A DNA stretch of 64,000 bases, from positions 259 to 64,258 of IMG/VR virus record IMGVR_UViG_3300003322_000628. The stretch is one strand, 5' to 3'. Numbering within the stretch: position 1 is the first letter of the stretch; each line of letters begins with the position of its first letter. A model generated the notes under the pieces. It saw only the letters and a program-made list of their open reading frames with translations. It searched no databases and was not told where the DNA came from. Positions 18,914-28,554 of the stretch are shown one piece after another. The DNA comes from a virus (lineage: Duplodnaviria > Caudoviricetes). Made by a program: the position numbers and the translations under genes.

Positions 18914-20779
18914 ATCGACTACGAAAACATAAGCCCAGAAGTCTACAAGACAGGTTCCTTCGTAGTTGTAGATTTCGAGACCACAATCTTAGAAAAGGGA
19001 AGTCCACTAAATCTACAGAACGATTTGGTGCTGGCCTGTTGGTACACGTCGTGGGATGGGGCCTACCACAGCAAGTTTGGCACTGAGTATGAGCAGCGTG
19101 AATTACTCCGCGACATAGCTCAGGCCGACTTTGTAATAGCTCAGAACGCAAAGTTCGAGCTTGGGTGGCTAGATAGATGTGGACTAGACTTGCATGACGT
19201 GCTCGTCTGGGACACCATGCTTGCAGAGTGGGTAGTGGCCGGCAATCGGCAATTCCCTAAAGACCTCGGCAGCATGCTCAAGAAGAGAAGTCTAGCCGGC
19301 AAGGAAGACGTTGTTGGCGGAATGATTAAGCTGGGCATCTGTCCCTCTAACATTCCCAAAGGACTGCTAAACGCCTACTGTCGTGAAGACGTTAGGGGAA
19401 CTCTTGAGCTGTTTCGCTGTCAAATACAAGAACTGGAAGAAAGACAGCAGCTCCATCTTGTCCTTGCTCGGTGCCTCCTCACTCCTGTCCTAGCAGACAT
19501 TGAGAAGCAGGGTATTGTCCTAGACAAAGATGCCGTGTATGAAGAATACCACAGAGTAATTCAGGAGAAAGATGACACAGAACGATTGCTGTCAGAGTTT
19601 GGACAAATCAACTGGAACAGCAGACAGCAAGTTGCAGAGTTGCTGTACGACCAGCTCGGATTTGATGAGCTGCGAGACAGAAGAGGTAATGTCATTCGCA
19701 CAGCTGCAGGCGCTCGTAGCACAAGCCGAGCAACCCTATCTCAGCTCAGAGGAAAAACAGCAACTCAGCGCGCCTTTCTGGAAGCGTTTGCTAAGCTGGC
19801 TCTTCTAAATACAAAAATAAGCAAGACACTTGCGTTCTTCAAGGAGATATGTGACAACCACGAGTGCAAGTTCCACGGAGCATTTAACCAAGGTAGCACT
19901 GGAACTCATCGCCTCAGCAGCTCCGGGAGGAAAATTGAAACTGACCAAGGAGATTCACTCTCCGCCCAGCTCCAAAATATTCCTAGAGAGTACAAGAAAT
20001 TCATTCGAGCTAGAGACGAGGGATGGGAAGTTTGTGAGGCTGACGGTAGCCAAATTGAATTCCGAGTGGCTGCCGACCTTGGGCATGATGAAGTAGCATA
20101 TGACGAGATTTGCAGAGATGCTGACATTCATACAGCTACAGCTACCGTCTTTTTGGAGGACGGCACTCATCCAGATTTCAAAGGACTAGACTTAAAGCAA
20201 GCAAGACAGCCCGCTAAGCCTCAGACGTTTAAACCGCTGTACGGCGGGAGAGGAAATCATCCTGCAGAAAAAGTGTACTGTGAATTCTTCCAAGACAAAT
20301 ACAAAGGAATCTATAGCACACAAACACAGTGGACGTACGACGTCTTAAGAGATAAGGAACTACGTACACCGTACGGCCTAATCTTCTACTGGCCTGACAC
20401 GCAGCTAACTCGCAGTGGATATATCACCAATAGCACGAGCATATTCAACTACCCTATTCAGGGATTTGCTACGGCTGAGATTATCCCCATCGTACTTGTT
20501 AGTTTGTGGCGTAAGCTTAGAGGATGGGATGTTCGTATTATCCTCACAGTGCATGACAGCATTATCTTGGAAGTTGGTCCATCAGTAGACAGGAGACAGC
20601 TATACGACTTGATTGCTAGAGCATTCACAGAAGATGTGTACAAGTTTCTTGAACGTGTGTATGGCTACCGCTTCACTGTGCCGTTAGGTGCGGAGATTAA
20701 GATGGGCCCCGTGTGGGGCAGTGGTAAAGGACAGAAGGTTAAGATGTTTCCAAATGAAGGAGAACTAGTTTGGCAGTAG
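18914..20779 (+). CDS. family A DNA polymerase with 3'-5' exonuclease; predicted ATC start
   Basis: ExoI VVDFETT lies upstream of TTG 19025; NAKFE, DTMLA, YCREDV; THRLSS, QNIPR, DGSQIEFR, YPIQG, TVHDS. Confidence 0.92.
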   Translation: MDYENISPEVYKTGSFVVVDFETTILEKGSPLNLQNDLVLACWYTSWDGAYHSKFGTEYEQRELLRDIAQADFVIAQNAKFELGWLDRCGLDLHDVLVWDTMLAEWVVAGNRQFPKDLGSMLKKRSLAGKEDVVGGMIKLGICPSNIPKGLLNAYCREDVRGTLELFRCQIQELEERQQLHLVLARCLLTPVLADIEKQGIVLDKDAVYEEYHRVIQEKDDTERLLSEFGQINWNSRQQVAELLYDQLGFDELRDRRGNVIRTAAGARSTSRATLSQLRGKTATQRAFLEAFAKLALLNTKISKTLAFFKEICDNHECKFHGAFNQGSTGTHRLSSSGRKIETDQGDSLSAQLQNIPREYKKFIRARDEGWEVCEADGSQIEFRVAADLGHDEVAYDEICRDADIHTATATVFLEDGTHPDFKGLDLKQARQPAKPQTFKPLYGGRGNHPAEKVYCEFFQDKYKGIYSTQTQWTYDVLRDKELRTPYGLIFYWPDTQLTRSGYITNSTSIFNYPIQGFATAEIIPIVLVSLWRKLRGWDVRIILTVHDSIILEVGPSVDRRQLYDLIARAFTEDVYKFLERVYGYRFTVPLGAEIKMGPVWGSGKGQKVKMFPNEGELVWQ

Positions 20780-21003
20780 CAAAGAAAGTAGCTTCAAAGG
20801 CTAAGAAGCCAGCAACGCCTAAGCTGTATTACCTTGGCATAAGTGATGAATATGACGGCAATTACTGGACTGGGCCGTATACCAAGGATGTTGCGATCAG
20901 AGAAGCTCGCATTCACACTGGACCAGTGAAGTTATTCAAACTAGAAGCAAATCTAATTCATGCGCAGAAGCTTGACGACAGTGTCGAGACAATTGAAATC
21001 TAA
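20770..21003 (+). CDS. hypothetical protein
   Basis: AAGGAG RBS, TTG start. Confidence 0.6.
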   Translation: MAVAKKVASKAKKPATPKLYYLGISDEYDGNYWTGPYTKDVAIREARIHTGPVKLFKLEANLIHAQKLDDSVETIEI

Positions 21004-21013
21004 GGAGAATTAA

Positions 21014-21628
21014 TTGACAGCAGTAGTAGGGTTTGTAGAGAAAGTAACTGAATACCCAAGCAAGTTCAAGGGTAAGGATAGTGCATGGGCAGCAATCGTT
21101 GATAACGTTCGCTACAGCTTCGGCTTTAGTCGCTGGCAGCCTGTAAAGGAGGGCGAATACGTAGGCTTCGAGGCATCGCAGGATGCTAAGGGCTATTGGG
21201 TAGCAGACCTATCCACAATCAAGAAGGAGCAGGCTCCTGCAAAACAGACAGGTAGTTCGTCACAACGCGCAGCAGCTAGCTCAGGCGTGGCTCCAGCTGG
21301 TGACCTTCGGCAGGACAGCATTATTTATCAGTCGCAAGGAACACGAGCAGTTGCCTTTGTTGACATGCTGCTCCGAAACAGCCTTGTGGACTTTGGCAAA
21401 GCAAAGGGCGCCCAGAAAATCGAACTCGTAGAAGTGTATGTCGATCATTACACCAAGCGATTCTTCGATGACGTTAAGCGTCTGGCTCCGCCAGAGCATG
21501 AGAGTCCTGTAGATGCAGAAGCTCCGGCAGAGGTTACAGCAATTGCTAAACCTCCACGTAAGAAGGTAGCAGCTCCTGCAGCAGAGGAAGATGAAGGGGA
21601 TTTTGCAGACGACGTGTTACCTTTTTAA
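21014..21628 (+). CDS. putative single-stranded DNA-binding protein
   Basis: beta-rich N-terminus; acidic tail ending DDVLPF. Confidence 0.7.
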   Translation: MTAVVGFVEKVTEYPSKFKGKDSAWAAIVDNVRYSFGFSRWQPVKEGEYVGFEASQDAKGYWVADLSTIKKEQAPAKQTGSSSQRAAASSGVAPAGDLRQDSIIYQSQGTRAVAFVDMLLRNSLVDFGKAKGAQKIELVEVYVDHYTKRFFDDVKRLAPPEHESPVDAEAPAEVTAIAKPPRKKVAAPAAEEDEGDFADDVLPF

Positions 21629-21659
21629 ATCAAATATTAGAAGCTAATAAGGAGATAGT

Positions 21660-21932
21660 ATGATTAAGGACGGAGGTTCTCCGGCCCCCAAGAAGATTGC
21701 TGAAGTAATTGACCGGCTGGATAAGCTCATCAATGGTACACTGTCAGGAAAGATTGGCGTGCTGGAAGGCCGGCTATTCACTGTGATGGAACATAAGGTC
21801 ACGGATGGTAAGCCAGAACAGCCTGCAAATCCAAAAACAGACCATGTAGTTACAACGCTGCTGGACCTAGAGCAGAGTTTGTATGGTTTGTCAGACCAAC
21901 TTAGTGATGTTCTGAACAGACTTCAAACGTAA
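21660..21932 (+). CDS. hypothetical protein
   Basis: TAAGGAG RBS. Confidence 0.65.
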   Translation: MIKDGGSPAPKKIAEVIDRLDKLINGTLSGKIGVLEGRLFTVMEHKVTDGKPEQPANPKTDHVVTTLLDLEQSLYGLSDQLSDVLNRLQT

Positions 21933-21936
21933 TACA

Positions 21937-22010
21937 GAGCCCTTGATGTAATGGTAGCATAACATCCTTCCAAGTTGTTTGTGTGGGTTCAAATCCCACA
22001 AGGCTCTCCA
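21937..22010 (+). tRNA. tRNA-Gly(UCC)
   Basis: loop CTTCCAA; GTTCAAATC; U discriminator + CCA; one acceptor-stem mismatch. Confidence 0.85.
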
Positions 22011-22011
22011 A

Positions 22012-22087
22012 GGGTCGTTGGTGTAATTGGCAGCACGGCAGACTCCAAATCTGTCAGGTGTGGGTTCGAGTCCTACGCGGCCCGCCA
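22012..22087 (+). tRNA. tRNA-Trp(CCA)
   Basis: loop CTCCAAA; GTTCGAGTCC; GCCA end. Confidence 0.92.
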
Positions 22088-22094
22088 ATAAAAG

Positions 22095-22124
22095 AAGGGC
22101 AGCAATGAGGCTGCCCTTTGTTGT
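22095..22124 (+). terminator. intrinsic terminator after tRNAs
   Basis: AAGGGCAGC-AATGAG-GCTGCCCTT then TGTTGT. Confidence 0.6.
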
Positions 22125-22151
22125 CTAAAACTATAAGAACAAGGAATTCTA

Positions 22152-22409
22152 TTGAGCATTTATACATACGGCAGATACGAAGTGGTTATTACACAGGAAC
22201 ACTACGAGGAAGGCCTAGGAAAGATTCCGGGCTATGGTGTCCTGAATAAGGAGACAGGCATCATGGAGCACACATCTGCCGTGCTATGCAACGCCATGAA
22301 CTGTGCTCGGATGTTTGAGCGACAGATTAAGAACATTGAGGAGATGGGAGAGGAACCCTCGCCAGAGGATTTTCCTAACGTATCCCTGTCTGATTTGCGA
22401 CCCAACTAA
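22152..22409 (+). CDS. hypothetical protein
   Basis: AAGGA RBS, TTG start. Confidence 0.6.
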   Translation: MSIYTYGRYEVVITQEHYEEGLGKIPGYGVLNKETGIMEHTSAVLCNAMNCARMFERQIKNIEEMGEEPSPEDFPNVSLSDLRPN

Positions 22410-22419
22410 GGAGAGGTTC

Positions 22420-24333
22420 ATGGACGAACCACAAATTGTCACGCCTTGGAGTAGTGTTGGATACCTTACATACAAAAGAACCTATGCTAGACGCCTCGAT
22501 GAGCAGAACGCTAGCTCTGCAACTGAAGAATGGGCAGACACTATTGATCGAATTATCAGAGGAACAGCTAAACAGCTTGACTGCGGATTTACCTTGGCAG
22601 AGCAGGAGCGGCTTCGACGACATCTGCTTGAACTTCGAGGTACTGTGGCAGGCCGGTTCCTGTGGCAACTCGGCACGGCTACGGTTGAAAAGCTGGGGCT
22701 TGCCAGCTTACAAAACTGCGCCTGCGTCTGCGTAGACGAACCAATTCGTCCATTTACGTGGACGATGGACATGTTGATGTTGGGGTGTGGTGTTGGCTTT
22801 AATATTCAGAGAGAGTATGTCTACAAACTACCCAAAGTGGATGCTGGATATATTGGTCCTGCGCGACATGATGCAGCAGATGCAGATTTCATTGTCTCAG
22901 ATACTAGAGAAGGTTGGGTCAAACTCCTCGAATATACTCTCCGAGCTGCATTCGATGGCAATGCGAAGAAAAGATTTACATACTCTACGCAGCTTGTACG
23001 TGGAGCGGGAGCCCCAATTAAGGGTTTTGGAGGAACAGCTTCCGGCCCTGAAATCTTGTGTGACGGCATTGGAAACATTAGTGCTATCTTGGCGACAAGG
23101 GCTGGAAAGCAACTCCGACCAGTAGACTGTCTCGACATTATGAACATCATCGGCGCCATTGTCGTAGCTGGTAATGTACGACGCAGTGCTGAGATAGCAA
23201 TAGGTGACATGGATGATTTTCAATATCTCCGTTCTAAACGATGGGACTTGGGAAATATCCCAAACTGGAGGTCCAACTCCAACAACTCGGTCGTGTGTAA
23301 TGATTTTGACCTACTGCCCGACGAAATCTGGAAAGGGTACATGGGCAATGGGGAACCTTTTGGACTTATCAATCTTAAGCTCGCGAGAGCAGTTGGACGA
23401 ACTGGTGAACGCCAGTATGCCGATAAGGACGTTATTGGGTTCAATCCGTGCGCGGAACAGAGTCTCGCTAATTACGAAACTTGTTGCCTTGCTGAAATCT
23501 TCCTACCCAACATCCGCAGTAAGGATGAGCTATTCGACGTGGGATCGTTGCTGTACAGGGTTTGCAAGCACAGCCTAAATCTGCCATGTCACAATAAGGA
23601 GACAGAGGAAATTGTCCATCGCAATCAGCGAATGGGTATTGGAATTACAGGATATCTTCAAGCAACGGAAGAACAGCGCGACTGGCTTTCCTCAACTTAC
23701 GATAGGCTTAGAGAATACGACGCTGCTTATTCGAGAGAACACGGCTGGCCTGCAAGTATTAAACTCACTACTATCAAGCCATCAGGAACTCTCTCACTTC
23801 TGCCCGGTGTTACACCCGGCTGCCATCCAGCATACGCAAAGTGGATGGTTAGACGGATTAGACTGTCTGCTGATAGTCCCCTCGTCGCAACTATTCGCGA
23901 GCACGGATACAAAGTGGAACCTGTGCGTGCTTTCGATGGATCAGTCGACCGTTCGACTGTGGTTGCCGAATTTCCATTCTGTTACCCGGAAGGCACTAAG
24001 CTCGCGCGTGATATGTCTGCAATCGACCAGCTTGAAGTTGTTAGGCGCCTCCAAGCAGAATGGAGTGATAATGCAGTAAGCTGCACTATCTATTACAGAA
24101 AGGAAGAGCTGCCAGCGATCAAAGAGTATCTAAGCAAATACTACAATAAACACTTCAAGAGCTTAAGCTTTTTGCTTCACAATGATCATGGCTTTGATCA
24201 AGCTCCACTAGAAGAAATAACTGAAGAGGAGTACAACAAGCTTGTCAGAAAGACACGACTTATCACAGCTGTTGATCGCGCAGAATTCGATGGAGACGAC
24301 GAGTGCGCTTCCGGCGTTTGCCCGATCAAGTGA
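22420..24333 (+). CDS. nrdJ: class II (adenosylcobalamin-dependent) ribonucleotide reductase
   Basis: YKRTYAR, LQNCA, GNVRRSA, NPCAE, TTIKPSGTLS, C-terminal CASGVCPIK; no small subunit seen. Confidence 0.92.
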   Translation: MDEPQIVTPWSSVGYLTYKRTYARRLDEQNASSATEEWADTIDRIIRGTAKQLDCGFTLAEQERLRRHLLELRGTVAGRFLWQLGTATVEKLGLASLQNCACVCVDEPIRPFTWTMDMLMLGCGVGFNIQREYVYKLPKVDAGYIGPARHDAADADFIVSDTREGWVKLLEYTLRAAFDGNAKKRFTYSTQLVRGAGAPIKGFGGTASGPEILCDGIGNISAILATRAGKQLRPVDCLDIMNIIGAIVVAGNVRRSAEIAIGDMDDFQYLRSKRWDLGNIPNWRSNSNNSVVCNDFDLLPDEIWKGYMGNGEPFGLINLKLARAVGRTGERQYADKDVIGFNPCAEQSLANYETCCLAEIFLPNIRSKDELFDVGSLLYRVCKHSLNLPCHNKETEEIVHRNQRMGIGITGYLQATEEQRDWLSSTYDRLREYDAAYSREHGWPASIKLTTIKPSGTLSLLPGVTPGCHPAYAKWMVRRIRLSADSPLVATIREHGYKVEPVRAFDGSVDRSTVVAEFPFCYPEGTKLARDMSAIDQLEVVRRLQAEWSDNAVSCTIYYRKEELPAIKEYLSKYYNKHFKSLSFLLHNDHGFDQAPLEEITEEEYNKLVRKTRLITAVDRAEFDGDDECASGVCPIK

Positions 24334-24477
24334 GGATTATGTAAACGATCTGCAATGGCGTAAGAAAATTCTAGTTGGGTATATGCAGTCCTCTATAGGG
24401 GTAGAGGACTGGCATGCTGTACGAGATGCGGTTGTTGATGTTGAACTAATCGAAAAAGAACTGGAGGTTTTGAACAG

Positions 24478-25143
24478 ATGAAATTCTTGCTATCCCTAGC
24501 TCTAATGCTATTCACCACAGCAGTCGGAGCTACAAGCTCTGATACCATTTACGCTAATGGCTTTGAGCTGTCGCCAGCTCCTTGTCTAGCTACCATCAAT
24601 CCAGATGGAACGCCGCGCACACGACTTCTTACAAGTCCTGTGGCGTATGGGGCAGCTCTAATAACTCGCCCTGCTGTGCAGCTTACTGAGTATGGCAACG
24701 TATACAGCTACAACAATGCAGCTCCGGGTCCGGTGCTACCCTTCCCCGGCCTCACTGGCTCAGCCCCACGATTCACCAACTTCAAACGCAATAGCTACAT
24801 CGCGTTGCATTTCAAGGTGCCATCCAACATGGATCCTCGAAGTTATGGAACGTGGTCAGCCCCTTCGGCTTGGCCGGGGTCGCTTCCAATAACTGTGTCC
24901 ATCAGTAGAGGATGTGGGGACTTCTCCCACTTCCTGTCCTCGCCGGGCTGCGTAGCAAAGAACGTTCCGGCTGCTGATGGTCCGATTATCACATGGACAT
25001 TTTCCACAGCGTCTCCAAATACATCGTGTGTGCTAAAGCCCGGCTTTGACTACTACATGAATATAATTCAAACAAACCCGGCCCTAACGCCAGCGTGCTC
25101 CGGGAATAAGTGCCAAGCGCCGGCAGCATGGAGGACTGGTTAA
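24478..25143 (+). CDS. secreted Cys-containing protein with DxIYANGFE motif
   Basis: signal peptide MKFLLSLALMLFTTAVGA; DTIYANGFE; ISRGCGDF...CVLKPGFDYYMN. Confidence 0.75.
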   Translation: MKFLLSLALMLFTTAVGATSSDTIYANGFELSPAPCLATINPDGTPRTRLLTSPVAYGAALITRPAVQLTEYGNVYSYNNAAPGPVLPFPGLTGSAPRFTNFKRNSYIALHFKVPSNMDPRSYGTWSAPSAWPGSLPITVSISRGCGDFSHFLSSPGCVAKNVPAADGPIITWTFSTASPNTSCVLKPGFDYYMNIIQTNPALTPACSGNKCQAPAAWRTG

Positions 25144-25287
25144 TGAAGCGAGAGCACCCTATCATAGGAACGTGGGCTTCTACGGAGGCCCTAGGCAAGG
25201 CTCTTGAAGAGCTTATGGCCAGCGCTTGTGAGCTAGCTGTGCCCCGATGGTTGTATGATTTGAACGACAGAGGTAAGGAGATCGATC

Positions 25288-25527
25288 GTGACTCAGAAGA
25301 GCTTATCTAGGCTGGAAGAAAAACATCAGAAAGACCCAAGAGTTGGATATGTAAGGTTGCAGCTGACAATAGCAAACCCCAGTAGGGAGGCTGTAACATT
25401 TGCTGGCGATATTCAAATTTGCGATAGAATCCAGACCGAACACGGAAGAGAAGACGCTGTGCTTAGCGATGCATGCAGAGCGTTGATGGGTATGATTGAT
25501 TGTCAAATGCGAAACTACAAGGAATAA
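25288..25527 (+). CDS. hypothetical protein
   Basis: TAAGGAG RBS, GTG start. Confidence 0.55.
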   Translation: MTQKSLSRLEEKHQKDPRVGYVRLQLTIANPSREAVTFAGDIQICDRIQTEHGREDAVLSDACRALMGMIDCQMRNYKE

Positions 25528-25529
25528 CA

Positions 25530-26432
25530 GTGATTAAGAGCTACCCGAAGATTCTTCCTGCTGTTAGCAAGTACGCAGACTTGATTGTTGGCCGTGACAT
25601 TCAGATTGAAGAAAAGGTAGATGGCAGCTTCTTCGGCTTTGGTGTGGACGAAGAAGGCAAGCTACATATTCGCTCTAAGGGTCAGGCAATCGAACCAACA
25701 GCCCCTAACGATTTGTTCCGCCCGGCTGTTGAGCACGTCATTACAATTCAGCACCGTCTACCCAAGGGCTACGTGTTCTATGGTGAAACGCTAAAGACCG
25801 CACGCCACAACACACTGGAGTATGCCCGGGTACCCCGCAATCACATTGCTCTGTTTGGTGTGTTCACGGATTGGGAACGCTCAGTAGCTCTGCCATACGA
25901 AGAGATGGCAGAGTGGGCTGGTAAGCTAGACATTGATGTTGTGCCTCTCATCTTCCGAGGCCAGCTGCAGAGCTTAGACCAGCTCGGCCAGCTAGTGAAG
26001 GAAGGCCGAGAAAGCTTCCTAGGCGGCCCTGCTATGGAAGGCGTGGTGGTGAAGAACTATAACATGCCTATGGAATTCTCTGGCATGATTTATCCGTTCT
26101 CTGCTTTCAAGCTTGTAAGCGAGGCCTTCAAGGAAAAGCATTCCAGCAATCCCGACTGGAAGCCACAGCGTGACGTGCTTGAGGAATGCCTAGAGCAGTA
26201 TCGCTCAGAGGCTCGCTGGATGAAGGCTATCCAGCATCTTCGTGAGAAGGGGGAGCTTGTTGGTGAGCCAAAGGATATTGGCCCGCTGATGAAGGAGCTA
26301 TGGGAGGACGTGCTTACGGAAGAGAAGGAAAACTTCAAGGAAGAGCTGTTCAACATCTTTAAGAAGCGCCTAGCCTCAAAGGTTCAGGCAGGCTTCCCAC
26401 AATTCTATAAGGAGTATTTGCTACGTGTATAA
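25530..26432 (+). CDS. RNA ligase (Rnl2-like nucleotidyltransferase)
   Basis: EEKVDGS, FYGET, ALFGV, EGVVVK, FKLV; AAGGA + GTG. Confidence 0.8.
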   Translation: MIKSYPKILPAVSKYADLIVGRDIQIEEKVDGSFFGFGVDEEGKLHIRSKGQAIEPTAPNDLFRPAVEHVITIQHRLPKGYVFYGETLKTARHNTLEYARVPRNHIALFGVFTDWERSVALPYEEMAEWAGKLDIDVVPLIFRGQLQSLDQLGQLVKEGRESFLGGPAMEGVVVKNYNMPMEFSGMIYPFSAFKLVSEAFKEKHSSNPDWKPQRDVLEECLEQYRSEARWMKAIQHLREKGELVGEPKDIGPLMKELWEDVLTEEKENFKEELFNIFKKRLASKVQAGFPQFYKEYLLRV

Positions 26433-26844
26433 AGACGAAGAGGCTTTACTACTCAATCGCGCAATTGAGAAAGTAGAAATAAACGAAGACAAGACTGCAC
26501 TGCGGTTTCACTTCAAAGAAGGAGAGCCTTGTGTCTTATACGTAAGTGGAGATTGTTGTTCTGAGTCTTGGATTGAGCATCTTGCTATGCCTTATTCTTA
26601 CAGGTTAAATACTGTAGAAAATCTGAAGGCTGTTGATGTCACATGCGTAGATATTGGAGAGGTAGTTCCTACAAGACAGGAAGTTGATCTGCTGTATTCC
26701 ATCACTGTGAAGTTTGACACAGGATCAGAAATGATTATAGAGATGCGGAACAGTAGTAATGGTTATTACGGAGGCGATTTCGGCATATGTCAGGTGAATC
26801 GTTGGGAGAAGGATTCATTTAAACCTCTCACGGAATCCTTTTGA
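26425..26844 (+). CDS. conserved phage hypothetical protein
   Basis: GDCCSESW and SNGYYGG motifs. Confidence 0.7.
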   Translation: MYKDEEALLLNRAIEKVEINEDKTALRFHFKEGEPCVLYVSGDCCSESWIEHLAMPYSYRLNTVENLKAVDVTCVDIGEVVPTRQEVDLLYSITVKFDTGSEMIIEMRNSSNGYYGGDFGICQVNRWEKDSFKPLTESF

Positions 26845-27101
26845 TTAAAGGCTTTCTGTGGGGGCTGGCCTTTTGCACAGCGCTATGGGCAGCCTACAAT
26901 ACAGGAGCGAATAGACAAGAGGCAGAGATTGTGTATACATGCAACATGTACGGTCGCTATCATTTTGATGGGACGCAGGAACTATTCTGCTCAGCTATTG
27001 TCCAAAGGAGTGAGGAGTACATGAAGCCGTCTGTTGCAGAAACAAATGCTAAACTGTACAGCAAAGAGAACAAAAACCTGCATAAGAAGGATAGGAAATA
27101 A
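26841..27101 (+). CDS. small membrane-anchored protein
   Basis: N-terminal hydrophobic helix. Confidence 0.55.
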   Translation: MIKGFLWGLAFCTALWAAYNTGANRQEAEIVYTCNMYGRYHFDGTQELFCSAIVQRSEEYMKPSVAETNAKLYSKENKNLHKKDRK

Positions 27102-27268
27102 TGCCAAGCAAATCAAAGAAGCAAGCACGCTTCATGGCAGCAATTGCTCACTCTCCTGAATTTGCCAAGAAAGCAGGAGTTCCTCAGAGTGTTGGAGAAG
27201 AGTTTAACAAGGCTGACGCAGGCAAGGGATTGCTAAGCCCTCCCAAAAAGAAGAAGGAGAAGAAGTAA
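27101..27268 (+). CDS. small basic conserved phage protein (55 aa, not in the ORF track)
   Basis: MPSKSKKQARFMAAIAHSPEFAKKAGVPQSVGEEFNKAD; TAATG coupling. Confidence 0.7.
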   Translation: MPSKSKKQARFMAAIAHSPEFAKKAGVPQSVGEEFNKADAGKGLLSPPKKKKEKK

Positions 27269-27270
27269 GT

Positions 27271-27555
27271 ATGGCAGTTCCTCTGCTAATGATGCAGACG
27301 ATTTTGAATCCCAACAAAACTAGAGGTGGGTATAGCTATGGGTATGGAGGAAGTGGCTTGTCAACTAATTGGATGCTAAAGCTAGCGTTCTTATCTGGTA
27401 TTAGTTTAGGACTAAGTGTGGTGGCTGGGCCGATAGCCTATGCGCTTAGCCCTGTAATTGTCCCAAAGCCTTGGCTATGGTGGGTTGGGCTGTCGGCGAG
27501 CACGTTTGTCGGTAGTTTTATTATCGGCATACTCTGGGACCTAGTCAGTGACTAA
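27271..27555 (+). CDS. membrane protein
   Basis: two hydrophobic helices. Confidence 0.55.
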   Translation: MAVPLLMMQTILNPNKTRGGYSYGYGGSGLSTNWMLKLAFLSGISLGLSVVAGPIAYALSPVIVPKPWLWWVGLSASTFVGSFIIGILWDLVSD

Positions 27556-27720
27556 ACCCTTCAATCAATACGCGCAGAAGCAGCTGGAAGCTCTTGTAGA
27601 GAGCACACAATTTAATACGCTAGAGCGTAAGGATATGCGCGATTTGTTCCTAGAGCTACTGGCCAGACTCCGTGCTCAGACAAAACAAATCCGAGCACTA
27701 GAGATGGTAGTGAACAAATT

Positions 27721-28554
27721 TTGACTAGCGTAGTCCGCTTAATTGATTGTGACGTAGTGTGTTACAGAGCTGCGTTCTCTGTAGAGAAGATGCGCTATCG
27801 CGTGTGGAACGAGAGCAGAGATGAAGAGCTGTTCTTTGAGAATCACAAGGAGATGCGAGAGTATTGCAATAGTTGCGACGATGACAGAGTTTGGGTGGAC
27901 AAGCAGAAAGTTGTAGAGCCCTTGGAGAACGCTCTGCAGAATACGAACAGCTTGATGCATAAGCTAACAGAGGGATTTAAATACGAAGCCTACCTAACAG
28001 GCCAAGGCAACTTCAGGCATGCTCTTGCTACCATCAAGAAGTATAAGGGCAATCGCGACGAAACTGAGAAGCCCAAGTATTACCATGAGGTAAGAGAGCA
28101 CCTAGCTAGGCGATGGGGAGCCAAGGTTGTAGATGGTATGGAGGCTGACGACGAAATCTCTATCCGCGCTCACGAACTAGCTAAGCAAGGTAAGCAGCCT
28201 TGCGTCGTGTCGAATGACAAAGACATGCGTATGATTCCAGCAATCCACTACGACTTTACAAAGGATTTGTATTTCGAGATTGGGAAGGAAGAGGCATGGC
28301 GTAATTTTTACATGCAATGTTTGATGGGAGACAGCACAGACAATATCCCCGGACTACCAGATGTGGGACCAAAGACAGCTGCAAAAATTCTAGCTAACGC
28401 CAAGGGTAAAGGAGAGATGCTAGAGGCCGTAAAGAAAGAATGGCAAAACAGATATCCTGATGGGTATCCACGAGATGACGGCAGCCTGATTACAGCAGAC
28501 GCTGCTATGAAGGAAGTTGCTTCCCTATTGTGGCTTAAGAGGACAAGAGAATGA
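27721..28554 (+). CDS. 5'-3' exonuclease (FEN/T7 gp6-like)
   Basis: LIDCD, YKGNR, EADD, DKD, GDSTDNIPGLPDVGPKTA. Confidence 0.9.
   Translation: MTSVVRLIDCDVVCYRAAFSVEKMRYRVWNESRDEELFFENHKEMREYCNSCDDDRVWVDKQKVVEPLENALQNTNSLMHKLTEGFKYEAYLTGQGNFRHALATIKKYKGNRDETEKPKYYHEVREHLARRWGAKVVDGMEADDEISIRAHELAKQGKQPCVVSNDKDMRMIPAIHYDFTKDLYFEIGKEEAWRNFYMQCLMGDSTDNIPGLPDVGPKTAAKILANAKGKGEMLEAVKKEWQNRYPDGYPRDDGSLITADAAMKEVASLLWLKRTRE

Noticed and set aside
21891-22088. Minus-strand ORFs over tRNA genes (also 3131..3328)
   Set aside because: They are antisense to tRNAs and spurious.
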